A model generated the notes under the pieces. That model saw only the letters and a list, made by a program, of their open reading frames with translations, ran no database searches and was not told the DNA's origin. A DNA stretch of 64,000 nucleotides from Rhizophagus irregularis (Eukaryota). Where the stretch lies: assembly GCF_026210795.1 (NCBI RefSeq), contig NC_089429.1, positions 1,612,001 through 1,676,000 on the forward strand, given 5' to 3'. Position 1 is the first letter of the stretch, and every line of letters begins with the position of its first letter. This document shows positions 36,018 through 49,579 of this stretch, piece by piece. Both the position numbers and the translations under genes were made by a program.

Positions 36018-37538
36018 TCAAGTAATCAGATCATCTATATAATAATTAATTCCATATATGCAATAATTAAAATCTTTGATTACTTTGTCATCTTTATATT
36101 TATTAATTAGTTTTGTATAATCATCGCTTGTGAAAATAGAATCAAGAGTAAATAGAGAAAGTGCACGTCTACCTCTCCAATTTTCTAAAAATTTTTCCAA
36201 GGATTTTAAAGAAAATTTGAACTCCCTACCAAATCTAATTTCTTTAAAATTAATTGGTGCAGATCTAATTAATATTTCTAATAATTCATTCCCATATCCT
36301 AAAAAGTCTTCGTGTGTATCATCATAATTATCTAATATAACTATTAATAATGACTTTAAATTTTGACAAATTTTTAGCAATTTTTCAAGTTCAGAGAAAT
36401 TCTCCTTTGTTGGCGAAATTAAAATTGACAAATATTCAATAGAAGGACAATTTTCATAAACTTTACGAATAAAATTGAGAGAATTCTCATCAAAGTCATG
36501 ATAGTCTTCAATTTCAGAGCTGATAATATCATAAGGTCTGAATAAAATTTTCTTGAGACGTCCTCCACTATTTTCAATTATATTAGAATAAAAATTTAGT
36601 TCATTTTCATCCATATAAAGGATTTCAAGTTCATGATAAACTTGCATTTTTAATTGATTTAGTTGCTGATCAGTAAACCAAAGAGAAGCACTAATAAATA
36701 ATACTCTTAATTTATAAAATTTTGGGAGTATCCTTTGTATTAAAACGTGTTCATAGTCTTCTACATCTTGGAAAATAATACTTAAATAATTGAGGCTTTC
36801 TGCTTTCTTTTCCAGTGCAAGAAGAATCTCTTCATAAGGATCTTCAAAATTATCATAATTGTAAAAATTATCCTTCCATTCAAAATGTTTTAAATTTTTC
36901 TGAACCTCAATTAACCTAACAATTCCATGATTAGGTATCGAGTCTTCTATATTAAAAATGACAAGTTTCTGTATACATTGACAAAAACGTGATAATCCAT
37001 AAAAATATGAAGAATTAACATACGTATCACATTTTAATTCACAAAGTGATTCAAGACGGACTTTAGCTTCTGGAAAGTAAAATATTTGATGTTGGATTGA
37101 TCTCATATCAAAATACTTTAATTCCGGACACTTCCTCATAAAGAGAGAGTAAAATTCTTGTTGCATAAAAAATTGATTATAAGCTAAGGATGATCCAATA
37201 GAAAATATACTATTTAAATTATCTACATTAATACTTCTGCAGAAGGATAAATAATCAAACAGGAGTGATTTAACTACAACTGAATTCAAGTAAATTCCTT
37301 GCTCCGTAATGAATTTTTTAATATCATCAAATAAATAATTAGCAAGAATGATGAATAAATAGCTTTTATTTCTATAATTAATACCGTTATAGGACCAGGG
37401 ATTTCTCCATAAAACTGGGACCACTGTCTCACACCAAATTCTATTAACCATTAGACATGAAAAGAGGGATTTAGAATCATCTCGTAATTCTTCAAATATC
37501 AAGAAAAGAGTATCCTTATTGAGGTTGGACATTTTCAT
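36018..37538 (-). CDS. F-box-like / LRR protein of a second subfamily, 506 aa, intronless
   Basis: LNKDTLFLIFEEL..SLFSCLMVNRIWCETVVPVLWRNPW; LFDYLSFCR; LRR-like CPELKYFDM, CPSIEYLSI, CQNLKSLLI; FLENWRGR tail. Confidence 0.87.
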   Translation of the reverse strand: MKMSNLNKDTLFLIFEELRDDSKSLFSCLMVNRIWCETVVPVLWRNPWSYNGINYRNKSYLFIILANYLFDDIKKFITEQGIYLNSVVVKSLLFDYLSFCRSINVDNLNSIFSIGSSLAYNQFFMQQEFYSLFMRKCPELKYFDMRSIQHQIFYFPEAKVRLESLCELKCDTYVNSSYFYGLSRFCQCIQKLVIFNIEDSIPNHGIVRLIEVQKNLKHFEWKDNFYNYDNFEDPYEEILLALEKKAESLNYLSIIFQDVEDYEHVLIQRILPKFYKLRVLFISASLWFTDQQLNQLKMQVYHELEILYMDENELNFYSNIIENSGGRLKKILFRPYDIISSEIEDYHDFDENSLNFIRKVYENCPSIEYLSILISPTKENFSELEKLLKICQNLKSLLIVILDNYDDTHEDFLGYGNELLEILIRSAPINFKEIRFGREFKFSLKSLEKFLENWRGRRALSLFTLDSIFTSDDYTKLINKYKDDKVIKDFNYCIYGINYYIDDLIT

Positions 37539-40500
37539 TCAAAAAATAAAAAAGCGGATTAAAATAATCTTTTGCAAGTGAAATATTTTTAGAAGTATTA
37601 TCAATTAAATAATTTCGAAATAGAGATAAAAAAAAAATATATATATAAATAAAACGAGGGGCAAAATAAATTTCTTTAATCGCGGATGATCTATTAGCGT
37701 TCAAAATTGGGAATTATCTATCTAAAATATGATTTTCAAAGAAAAAGAAGCAAGGGAGCCGAAAATTTAATTTCATTTATGTCATGTCATAAAATACCGG
37801 AATCAGCTCCGGAAAATTTTCCAAATTAGATTATTCTGTGCGACCATAAACTTTGATATAATAATAGTGTTCAACAATAACAAATAAATATCTAAATTGA
37901 AAGAGATCGGCACTCTATGATTTTACTTCGCATAGATTTACTAACTAAATTAACCACAGCAGATTGTATCACTGCACTATCTCAAACGTTAATTTTAAAA
38001 GAAATCTTTTTTCAGTCTTAATTTTTTTTTTTTAATAATATTTTTTTCTTTTGGTCTCTTTTTTTTAAACTGATTTTTTTTTATATTTATTTTTTTTTTG
38101 ATTTCTTTTTGGACCGAAATTTTTTTTTCTTAATAATATATTTTTTCAGTCTCTTTTTTACTGAATTTTTTCTTTTTATTGGTCTCTTTTTTAGGATGAA
38201 TTCTTTTTTGCCGATGGTAATATTTTTTAGTTTTTTAAAACTGAGATTTTAATAAATTTTTCTTTCCATTTTTCTTTAAGCTAAATTTTTAATATTTTTC
38301 GCTCCAGTTTTTTTTAAAACTGCAATTATTTATTTACTATTTTTTACCAACTTATATATGTATTGTTTATTCCATCTTTGATGTTTCGGGAAATGGCCAA
38401 TTGGAAAATTGGGAAATGACATATTCGAGTAAATGATACAGGACATGATCAAATTAATCATTCCCGGACCGGCAATATAATCAAAATAAAACATATTCTT
38501 TTTTTTTTATTTGAAACAAATATGTTTGTATGCTTTTTTAGTTATAATAAGTACGCTTTTTAACTTGAAATAATAAAAAATATGCCCGACCAAAAAAATA
38601 AAATTTAGAAAATTTATAATTATATGGATAATTTTTTTTTTTTATCTCAAATACTTATTTTAATATTGTAGGGATAGGCGCGATATTGCACTTAATAATA
38701 TTTATTTTATATATAAGAGCGCTTCATAGGTTGCGCACAACACTTTTATGAACAATGTGCTATAAAAATGATATGAATTTTCATTTCAACACCGATTAAA
38801 TTCAGAACAACCATTATTAAGTCTGAACTCAGAAGTGCCGTTTAAAGGTTGTGTTATTCTACGCTGTCACGTGACAGACGCCGGGACATTCGTATCACCT
38901 TGCGTATTTATTATTAAATGAGATGCACTTGAACAAAATAAAGGCAAGTGATAAAAAGATTTCCAAATAAACATATAAACATGAAACTTTTTCACATTAC
39001 TTATTATATTTATCTTTAAAATGAAATAATAAATTCAATTATGGAAGCTCAACGTTCTTAAATTACGAAAGATAGTTAATAAAAAACAAAATGTTAATTT
39101 GAAACTTTTTAAAAAATTCTGAATTGTAATATCGGCAACGATCTAGATAGTTAAACCATTTAATATTTGCATTCTGCAAGCTGAAATTCTTCGTAGTGAC
39201 TGGCATCACTATTTTTAATGGAATTTAAGAACTATTTTATTTAAAACTTTAATAATAAATTTATTATGAAAATTAAAAACATATAAATAAAATATGATTA
39301 CAATGTTATTATTACAATATTATTAAAAATATATTTATTGCAATATTATTATGTGATATATTCATGTGATTACCAAAAATACTCTTTAACATTTTTATTG
39401 TAAACTTTTTACATTGTTTCTTTTTTTTAGATTTTTAATTCTTTCATTAATATACTTACTAGAATTTATAATATAAATGTAAGATAACATATTTAGATAA
39501 TTAAATTAGATTAAATACTAAAAAGTCCATATTGCATTCATATACATTGCCTCTAATAAACCCTATAACATGACAAAGAACTATGTGAAATAATTTTTTC
39601 CTGCTGCCGAAATGTTCATTATAGCAATGTGCTATTGTAATAAATTGAAGAAATTCTTTCAAAAACAAGTAACTACTACAGCATTTTATTAAGCAAGATA
39701 GTAAAGATAATATATTAAACCTGATTTATATTTATACAAAAATTATAAAATTATATATAATGATTTTAATAAAATAAAATTTTTAATAAAATTAATTCCT
39801 TCTTTGTTTCTAATAATTTAATTTGTCAGTTCTAAAGAGTCATGATGACAGTGCACTAAAAATACTCAATTTCAAGTGTAAACATGAAAAATTATATCAA
39901 CCATTTTTTTTTGGAAATTTCATGATAATGCTAAACAATAAATACTACACAATTATTATATATATGGTAGAAATTAAGATTTGTTGATTATTATTTTGTA
40001 CCTTTGTTATCAAAATTTGTGAGTGGATATTAGTATAACAAATAAAGGTATATTCTACCCACTTAATTTCACATTCTCAATGAACTTTTTTTGTCTTTAA
40101 GTTTTAGGAGAAAGTTTGTTTCCCGTACAAAAATTGTGTTGATTTAAACCAATTATAATAGTATAAAATTATATATATAGTATAATAAGAAATTTTTTAT
40201 TTTCATACTATATATAGGCTAGAATTTTTTATATTCAAAAAATTTTATATAGTTAATTGATATTCCTCATTATCTTAATAATGGAATTTAGAGAACCAGT
40301 ATTTATTAATTTTATTTTATCATCAAATGTAATTAATTACTTTTAAAATTTTGGTCCTTGAATGATAATTTCTAAAATTACAATTGACAAGAGTCTATAT
40401 TTATAATGATAATAATTTATAATTATATCATAAAATTTAATTTTTCATCTATAGGCTATAACAGTTTTGAATAAATTTAAATTTATAAAAATTATATGTT

Positions 40501-40589
40501 TATATTAGAATAAGAGATTTAAATATTTGAATTTATATTTAAATTTTACTTTATAGTGTAATTAAGTTATATATATTTAATATAATTGT

Positions 40590-40740
40590 TGCAGTATCTT
40601 GAGATCAGGGAATCTTGGGATTGCAGCTAAACGATTATTAATCTCAATTGCTATTTGCCCACACACTTTGTATAGGTCGCCTGATATTTAAACAATCCCA
40701 AAGTCAAGATGGTGCATTCTATCTGTGATTATTGCTGAAA
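40590..40740 (-). mobile_element. Relic of a Plavaka-like transposase (core recognisable; element probably spans several kb around it)
   Basis: With two small indels corrected the minus strand reads DRMHHLDLGLFKYQ..CGQIAIEINNRLAAIPRFPDLKI, which I recognise as a Plavaka-type transposase motif. Flanks are too decayed to delimit. Confidence 0.65.
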
Positions 40741-43611
40741 ATTATCTGGAGCTGATCTAAAGCCTTACAAATTTTCTAGTTATATGGTTTCAATTTAATA
40801 GTCCATAACAGATAACCTTGAATGTCATACGTAATGATTAATTTTATATAAAATTTAAAGTGCAAAGGATTTATCTCATTTATAATTTATTATTTGATTG
40901 ATATATAGTGTGATCTCTCGCGCTCCTGTTATTTTGTCTTTTGTTTGCCTTCAAAGCATATGATATCAAATTCTACTGCTATGTTTTTAGTATTTTTTGT
41001 ACAATTAAATATCCTTTTCACTTTTTATAGATTTCAAAACCATCTTTCAAAACTCTTTGAAAGTTGTATATGCTTGCTTTTCTGACTTCTATTTATTTTC
41101 AAATATATTTTTCCAATTTGATCTCTTGTAAATTTTCTCCTTATAGTTTTGCAATCTACCTTGCCAGTGTTTTTATTAGAATTTGAATACCATGTTATTT
41201 TTTCTTCAGGCACTCTATTTAGAACGTAATTCACGTGATGAATAATAATGTAATTATTACGACCTTTTATTATTATCAATATATTAATTAGGGATATTTA
41301 CTAGTTCAGTTAATAAATTTTCATATTTTATATTTTGAATTAAATTTGTATGGTGTATATGGTGGCGGCGGTGATTGTAGTAGGGAGGTAATCGTGATGA
41401 AATAGGAGGTAATAACTGAAATAGTTAAATTTATATTCTAATACCAGTAAAATATTTTTTTTTTTTGATAATTTATCCAGAATGAACATTTATATGCCAA
41501 TTCACTATCATCCAATATCTGGACTTCAGTGTGTAAGAGTGTAAGTTGCCAAAACTGTGTTCCTGGTGAACATTTAATCTGTGGTCTCAAAAAAATAACC
41601 AACAAGTGAGAGTGAGAGAGTACATATTATGAAAATATAAAAAATCTGCTTAACTGTATAGTATATAAAAAACATGTTAATTGATTCCAAAAAAAAAAAT
41701 AGATGATATTATTATTTATCTTAACCTTTTTATTATTTTTAAAAGAACAGCTGAATTTAAATATGTTTATCACTTAATATACTTAATATATCTTACAACT
41801 AAAAAAAATATCCTATTTGATTTTAATAATGGTAAACTATCTATTTTTAAATTACTTATTTTATGAATTAATTGACAAATATATCGAGTATAGAATTTTG
41901 TTTAAATCATATTTCTATTGTTATTATTTATATGATTTACTTTCATATCCAAAAAAAAAAAAAAAAATTTTGAAATACATTATTTTCTAATTTATTATCA
42001 AGATTTGTATAATATTTTATTTTGTAGATGTTAGGTAAAAATTTGTGCAATTGATTAAGGGAAAAGGGAAATTTATAAAATTTTCTAAAAATAAGAAATA
42101 CTTAATAAATCTTTCTAACAATATAACTATATAGTTTTTATATCTCGTTCTATAATAATGATTTAAAAATAGAAAACAATTTGAGTTATGTACGACACTA
42201 TTTATAATGTTGCCGTATATGTAATACAATAAAGATTTAAAAAATCTATATTTTATACGAGACTCATCAGCAATGAATTGACTATTATAGAACTGAATAA
42301 ATAACTCGCCATACCGTAAATCTTGTCCTAAAATATCATTTTTTCGCGTGCTCCATCGTCTTGAGAGACTTCCAATAAAAGGTAAGATAAGTCACACAAG
42401 TGAATTACAATTTAGCGTTATGGCCGGTTTCGAAATATTATAATGTTCTATCCTTCAACTCAAAATTTTATACGAGAGGGACGCACTCCAAATCCTTCAA
42501 TATCTTCAAATAAAAATTTATAGCCAATGTGATGTTGTTACCTTGGGTTTCATTATTTCAATTCAAACTATGAAATCTCTCATTAATTTCTAGAGCGCAA
42601 ATAATACCTTTTCACATCTAAACTAAATATAATACACATAAATATAATTTCGTTTTTTCGTATTTAATATTTGGGATATATTGAAATAGACATTATATGA
42701 ATAATCTTTAGAATTCTTAAATAATGCTTTATTATATTATACTGTAAATCAATAAATGCGCAAAAACCTTTTTCAATAGAAATATCAATTGTTAGTTTTT
42801 AAAATTTAATTGTTAATATTAGATTTTAAATTTAAAAAAAAACATTAATCATTGAATGAAGTGATAGCTACCCTTCGATAAGATCCGATATATCATATAT
42901 TCGTAAAAAATAATAATATATCTGATATCTTAATTCCATGCCATCAAAATATTTACTTAACAGTTAAGGTAATGGTACAGTAGTAATTACGAAAGGGTTT
43001 CGGGTGCGAGAACTTCATCAAACAATGACTATAATTTTTCTCTGATCGCTACTTCAAATGAGGTATAGAGACCACATGACTGATATGATGATTAAATATA
43101 AATTCCATAATTTTGACAACCATAATTTTACACAATTATTTCCTCTTCGATAATCATTTCCGTCCTTTGTATTATACGAAACCTTAAAGGCCAAATTTTT
43201 AAAGATATTTTCAAGTAAATATACAATTTAACGACGAAAATTTATGTATTTTTATGAGAAAAAAAATCTTACTGTTAAAGCAGTTATTCGGATAAATTCT
43301 ATCGTAAAACGAAAAAAAAGTTACTTTAATATTTGGCAAATTATAAAAAATGTTTTATACATCAAGATATTTTTATTAAGCTTGTATTAAGTTTAAGTTA
43401 AAAATATTAATGGATAAGCTGTGAGTCAAAAAAAATTGTTTTATAAATTAAAAAACTTCTAAATTTTGTCTGTTTGAAAATTTACAGTAATAAACATTTT
43501 TGCTTTTTTTATTTAAAATTAGTAAAGATGAAAAATAAAGTGCTTTAATCCGCACATGTTTTTTTTTATTCCTGCATAACATTTATTTTTGGATAAAGTT
43601 TTGTAATTTAA

Positions 43612-43728
43612 CCCTATAAAAAAAATTCTCGGAAAAAACTCTGATAAATTATCATTTTTCTAGTTTCATGTCGAAGAAACTCAGACATACAGTACATGTG
43701 ATCATTTTTCTGAAAAATTTTTATAAGG
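43612..43728. mobile_element. CCCTA-ended MITE (CACTA/CMC-like), 3-bp TSD TAA
   Basis: ccctataaaaa ... tttttataagg flanked by taa on both sides; homologous to 6154-6262. Confidence 0.8.
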
Positions 43729-43963
43729 TAACGACATTACCAAGGAACATTTTTAATGCGATCTTGAAATGTTACGCAGATAATCCTTAGATGAGGTCTA
43801 AAAAGCACATGATTAAAATGTTGGTCAAAATGCAGTTTGTGGAACGTATGATCTCTATTGTTGCACATCTCTGATCTTTTATTAAATTACTTTACGGAGG
43901 TAATTTTGACCGAAAAAAAAAAGTTTGACCAAATTTTTTCTCACATTTTCTTTCAAGATTATA

Positions 43964-45645
43964 ATGGCTGTAATGGCTGATAATAAATTTTTACCGAAAT
44001 TATCAAAAAATTTACTTGAAATTTTAAATGATGAAGAATTTTATGATATTACAATTGAAGTTGGTAGTGACCCTTATGTGAAAGTATTTCGTGCCCATAT
44101 GGTTATTTTAAATTATCGTTCTCCTTATTTGCGCAGAATTTTATCAACTAATAAAAAGGAAAATGATGGAATTTTAACATGTATTAAATTACCAAATATT
44201 TCTCCCGATTTTTTTCACATATTATTAAGGTACAAAGTTTATATTTTTTTTATTTTTGCGCAAAAGTATTTGTATTTTTAATTACAAACGTTTCGATTTT
44301 TTTTTTCAGATATATTTATGGGGGAAGACTTTCTTTGGAAGAATATGATGATATTTCAGATGTCATTAAAATCCTGGTTATTGCTAGCAAACTTAACCTT
44401 CAAGAATTAATTCCTTATATAGAATCTTTTTTAATTATAAACAAAACAAACTGGTTGGAACAAAATTTTGATTTAGTATATCAGACAAGCTTTGAAAACG
44501 ATTCTTTCTTAAAACTTCAAAAATATTGTACTGATTTCATTTCTAAAGATCCAGAAAAGATATTTAATTCTCCAAATTTTTCTACAATTCCGGAAAGACT
44601 TTTAATCACGCTTATCCAAAATGATAATCTTCAAATGAAAGAAATTCAGGTATGGGAATACGTAATTAAATGGGGACTCGCTCAAAATCCAGACCTTCCT
44701 TCTGATCCTACAAGCTTTTCAAAAGATGATTTTAATGCTTTAAAGAATACTTTACATCATTGTATTCCTTTTATTAGATTTCGTAATTTAACTTCAAGGG
44801 AATTTTTGATGAAAGTAAAATCTTATAAAAAAATCTTACCAAAGGAATTATATAATGATTTAATAAATTATTTTTTGGATGATAACAGCAAGAAATCATT
44901 ACCTCGTATGTCTATTTCAAAACAAAAATCTACATTAGATATTGTTAGAGTTACAAATAGTAATAACGAGTCACAAGAATACATATCATTTACATCAGGT
45001 ACTTCTACAGGACGATTAATGGGATATGATAATAATTTATTGAATAAGCAAAAAGTTTCAACTAACAAGATTAAAAATATTGATTCTAAGATAATTACAT
45101 CTCAACATGCTGAGATAATTTCAAAATGGATTGATAGATTAGAAATTACAGATAAACTGGCTACTTCATATGAATTCAAATTATTATATCGTGATTCTCG
45201 TGATGGGTCTGATGGAGTATTTAACAGGTTTAAAAAGTTCCATGAAATTTGTATAGATCAACTTCATACTGTAACATTAGTTAAAGTTGAAGGTAGTAAC
45301 GAAATTCTTGGAGGATATAATCCGATTGGATGGAAATTTGATGGTGATTATGGTATTACTAAAGATAGTTTTATATTTTCATTTAATAATGAAAATATTG
45401 AAAATTACATTTTAAGTCGCGTAAAGGATGAAAAGAAAGCTATACGTAAGATCGATGGATATAGTAAGGGTCCATCATTTGGCGATGGTGGCCTGAGTTT
45501 ATGCCAAACTATTAATGGTCAATTGAGAATCAATTGCAAATATATAAACGATAATAAAGACGTAGACAGAATCTATGAAAAACGAATCGGTAAAACTGTT
45601 AATTCAAAATTTTTAGAAATTGAATTATTTAAAATTGATATTTAG
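43964..45645 (+). CDS. BTB/POZ-BACK-TLDc protein, tandem copy 1, 2 exons
   Basis: Exons 43964-44229 and 44310-45645 (AG|GT, CAG|A TAT ATT TAT GGG). YDITIEVG..FRAHMVILNYRSPYL; EIQVWEYVIKWG; FKLLYRDSRDG..ILGGYNPIGW..DSFIFSF..GPSFG. Start could be 43964 or 43973. Confidence 0.9.
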
Positions 45646-45947
45646 TATAGAGAGCAAAATGTTATGTTGATTTTTGTCAATATTTTATAATAAAAAAAAA
45701 AATAATTTATTATTTATACTTATATAAAAATAGTTATTTTTAATTTAAAGGTTAATCAGTTTATGGTAAGTCACAAAGATCGTATTTTAGAATTCTAATG
45801 CGGAGTTTGTTTGTGGAACGTATGATCTCTGTTACACATCACTGATCCGTATTAAGTTACTTTACGGAGGTAATTTTAACCGATCAAGTTTGTTCAAAAA
45901 AAAAGTTTGACCAAATTTTTTCTCATTCTTGCCCTTTCAAGATTATA

Positions 45948-47606
45948 ATGGATGATGATAAATTTTTACCGAAATTATCACAAAATTTACTTGAAATTTT
46001 AAATGATGAAGAATTTTATGATATTACAATTGAAGTTGGTAGTGACCCTTATGTGAAAGTATTTCGTGCCCATATGGTTATTTTAAATTATCGTTCTCCT
46101 TATTTGCGTAGAATTTTATCAACTAATAAAAAGAAAAATGATGAAATTTTAACACATATTAAATTACCAAATATTTCTCCCGATTTTTTTCACATATTAT
46201 TAAGGTACAAAGTTTATATATTTATTCTTTGCACAAAAGTATTTGTATTTTTAATTACAAACGTTTTATTTTTTTTTTTCAGATATATTTATGGCGGAAG
46301 ACTTTCTTTGGAAGAATATGATATTTCAGATATCATTAAAATTTTGGTTATTGCTAATGAACTTAGCCTTCAAGAATTAATTCCTTATATGGAATCTTTT
46401 TTAATCGAAAACAAAAAAAACTGGATGGAACAAAATTTTGAATTAATATATCAGATAAGCTTTGGAAACGATTCTTTCTCCGAACTTCAAAAATATTGTG
46501 CTGATTTTATTTCTAAAGGGCCAGAAAAGATATTTAATTCTCCAAATTTTTCTACATTTCCAGAAAGACTTTTAATCACGCTTATCCAAAATGATAATCT
46601 TCAAATGAAAGAAATTGAAGTATGGGAACACGTAATTAAATGGGGACTCGCTCAAAATCCAGAACTCTCTTCTGATCCTACAAGCTTTTCAAAAGATGAT
46701 TTTAATACTTTAAAGAATACTTTACATCATTGTATTCCTTTTATTAGATTTCGTAATTTAACTTCAAGGGAATTTTTGATGAAAGTAAAATCTTATAAAA
46801 AAATCTTACCAAAGGAATTATATAATGATTTACTAAATTATTTTTTGGATAATGACAGCAAGGAATCATTACCTCGTATATCAATTTCAAAACAAAAATC
46901 TATATTAGAAATTAATAGAGTTACAAATAGTGATAACGAGTCACAAGAATATATATCATTTATATCAGGACGATTAATGGGATATGCTAATAATTTATTG
47001 AATAAGCAAAAAGTTTTAACTAACAAGATTAAAAATATTGATTCTAAGATAATTACATCTCAACATGCTGAAATAATTTCAAAATGGATTGGTAGATTAG
47101 AAATTACAGATAAACTGACTACTTCATATGAATTCAAATTATTATATCGTGATTCCCGTGATGGGTCTAGTGTGGGGATTAAAAGGTTTAAAAAGTTCCA
47201 TAAAAACTATATACTAGATCAACCTCATACTGTAACATTGGTTAAAGTTGAAGGTAGTAACGAAATTCTTGGAGGATATAATCCGATTGGATGGGATTTT
47301 GATAGTGATTATGGTATTACTAAAGATAGTTTTATATTCTCCTTTGATAATGAAAATATTGAAAATTACATTTTAAGTCGCGTAAAGAATGAAAAGGAAG
47401 CTATAAGTAGGATCGTTAGATATAATGGTACGGGTCCATCATTTGGTAATAATGACCTACGTTTATACCAATCTCTCGATGGTTCATTGAGAATCAATTG
47501 CAAAGGTACAACCGATAATAAAGACAGCGCCTATGAAAAACGAATCAGCACAATTGATGTTCCATCAACCTTTTTAGAATTTGAATTATTTAGAATTGAT
47601 ATTTAA
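45948..47606 (+). CDS. BTB/POZ-BACK-TLDc protein, tandem copy 2, 2 exons
   Basis: Exons 45948-46204 and 46283-47606. The 78-nt intron is in frame and stop-free, so the ORF track reads through it. Confidence 0.9.
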   Translation: MDDDKFLPKLSQNLLEILNDEEFYDITIEVGSDPYVKVFRAHMVILNYRSPYLRRILSTNKKKNDEILTHIKLPNISPDFFHILLRYKVYIFILCTKVFVFLITNVLFFFFRYIYGGRLSLEEYDISDIIKILVIANELSLQELIPYMESFLIENKKNWMEQNFELIYQISFGNDSFSELQKYCADFISKGPEKIFNSPNFSTFPERLLITLIQNDNLQMKEIEVWEHVIKWGLAQNPELSSDPTSFSKDDFNTLKNTLHHCIPFIRFRNLTSREFLMKVKSYKKILPKELYNDLLNYFLDNDSKESLPRISISKQKSILEINRVTNSDNESQEYISFISGRLMGYANNLLNKQKVLTNKIKNIDSKIITSQHAEIISKWIGRLEITDKLTTSYEFKLLYRDSRDGSSVGIKRFKKFHKNYILDQPHTVTLVKVEGSNEILGGYNPIGWDFDSDYGITKDSFIFSFDNENIENYILSRVKNEKEAISRIVRYNGTGPSFGNNDLRLYQSLDGSLRINCKGTTDNKDSAYEKRISTIDVPSTFLEFELFRIDI

Positions 47607-47915
47607 ATAAAGAGTAAAATGTTTTGTTGATTTTTTTCATAGATAGAAAAAATTAATTCTGAATATTTTATAATAAAAAAAAAATTATGTTTATCCTGAT
47701 ATAAAAATATAGTTATTTTAGTTATTTTTAGTTCGAAATCAATTTAAAGGTTAATCAGTTTATGGTAAGTCATTAATTACTTAAATGCGAAGTTTGTGGA
47801 GCGTATGATCTCTGTTGCACATCTCTGATCTGTATCAATAGGTAATTTAATCGATCAGCAGTTTGATAAAAAAAAAAAAAATTTTTTTCTCATTCTTTTT
47901 CCTTTCAAGATTATA

Positions 47916-49579
47916 ATGGATGATAATAAATTTTTACCAAAATTATCACAAAATTTACTTGAAATTTTAAATGATGAAGAATATTATGATATAACAATTG
48001 AAGTTGGTAGCGACCCTTATGTGAAAGTATTTCGTGCTCATATGGTTATTTTAAATTACCGATCTTCTTATTTGAGAAGAATTTTATCAACTAATAAAAA
48101 GAAAAATGATGAAATTTTGACAAATATTAAATTACCAAATATTTCACCCGAATTTTTTCATGTATTATTAAGGTAAAATACTTTTATATCTTATTCTTTT
48201 GCGCTAACTTATGTATGTATATATTTTTAATTACAAACGACTAATTCTTTTTCAGATATATTTATGGGGGAAGACTTTTTTTGGAAGAATATGATATTTC
48301 AGATATCATTAAAATCTTGGTTACTTCTAGCGAACTTAACCTTCAAGAGTTAATTCCTTATATTGAATCCTTTTTAATTAAAAACAAAACAAACTGGTTG
48401 GAACAAAATTTTGATTTGGTGTATCAGACAAGCTTTGAAAACGATTCTTTCTTAAAACTTCAAAAATATTGTACTGATTTTATTTCTAAAGATCCAGAAA
48501 AGATATTTAATTCTCCAAGTTTTTCTACAATTCCGGAAAGACTTTTAATCACGCTTATCAAAAATGATAATCTTCAAATGAAAGAAATTCAAGTATGGGA
48601 ATACGTGATTAAATGGGGACTCGCTCAAAATCCAGAACTCTCTTCTGATCCTACAAGCTTTTCAAAAGATGATATTAATGCTTTAAAGAATGCTTTACAT
48701 CATTGTATTCCTTTTATTAGATTTCGAAATTTAACTTCAAGGGAATTTATGAAGAAAGTAAAATCTTATAAAAAAATCTTACCAAAGGAATTATATAATG
48801 ATTTACTAAATTATTTTTTGGATGATGACAGCAAGGAATCATTACCTCGTATATCTATTTCAAAACAAATATCTACATTAGAAATTCCTAGAGTTACAAA
48901 TAGCGATAACGAGTCACAAGAATATATGTCATTTGCATCAGGTACTACTTCTACAGGACGATCAATGGGATATGATAGTAGTTTATTGAACAAGCAAAAA
49001 GTTTCAACTACTAACAAGATTAAAAATATCGATTCTAAGATAATTACACCTCAACATGCTGAAATAATCTCAAAATGGATTGATAGATTAGAAATTACAG
49101 ATAAGCTGACTACTTCACATGAATTCAAATTATTATATCGTGATTCTCGTGATGGGTCTAGCGGAGTGTTTAACAGGTTTAAAAAGTTCCATGAAATTTG
49201 TATAGATCAACTTCATACTGTAACATTGGTTAAAGTTGAAGGTAGTAACGAAATTCTTGGAGGATATAATCCAATTGGATGGAAATTTGATGGTAATTAT
49301 GGTATTACTAAAGATAGTTTTATATTCTCCTTTGATAATGAAAATATTGAAAATTACATTTTAAGTCGCGTAAAGGATGAAAAGAAAGCTATACGTAATA
49401 TCGATGGATATAGCAAGGGTCCATCATTTGGTATTTATGAACTGAGTTTATGGCAAAGTATTAATAATAAATTAAGAATCAGTTGTGAAAATACAATTTA
49501 TCCAACTTATGAAAAACGGATCAGTAAAATTGATAATTCAAACTATTTGGAACTTGAATTATTTAAAATTGACATATAA
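47916..49579 (+). CDS. BTB/POZ-BACK-TLDc protein, tandem copy 3, 2 exons
   Basis: Exons 47916-48172 and 48256-49579; same intron position and motifs as copies 1 and 2. Confidence 0.9.

Noticed and set aside
37990..38470. T-rich tract with ggtctcttttt repeats as a TE
   Set aside because: Probably a TE interior, but no paired termini could be identified.
42290..42620. GC-richer patch as an exon
   Set aside because: The frames I translated were interrupted by stops and showed no recognisable motif.
44868..49017. Three similar minus-strand ORFs (MLVETFCLFNKLL..)
   Set aside because: Antisense to the duplicated BTB-TLDc exons; similarity is explained by the duplication.
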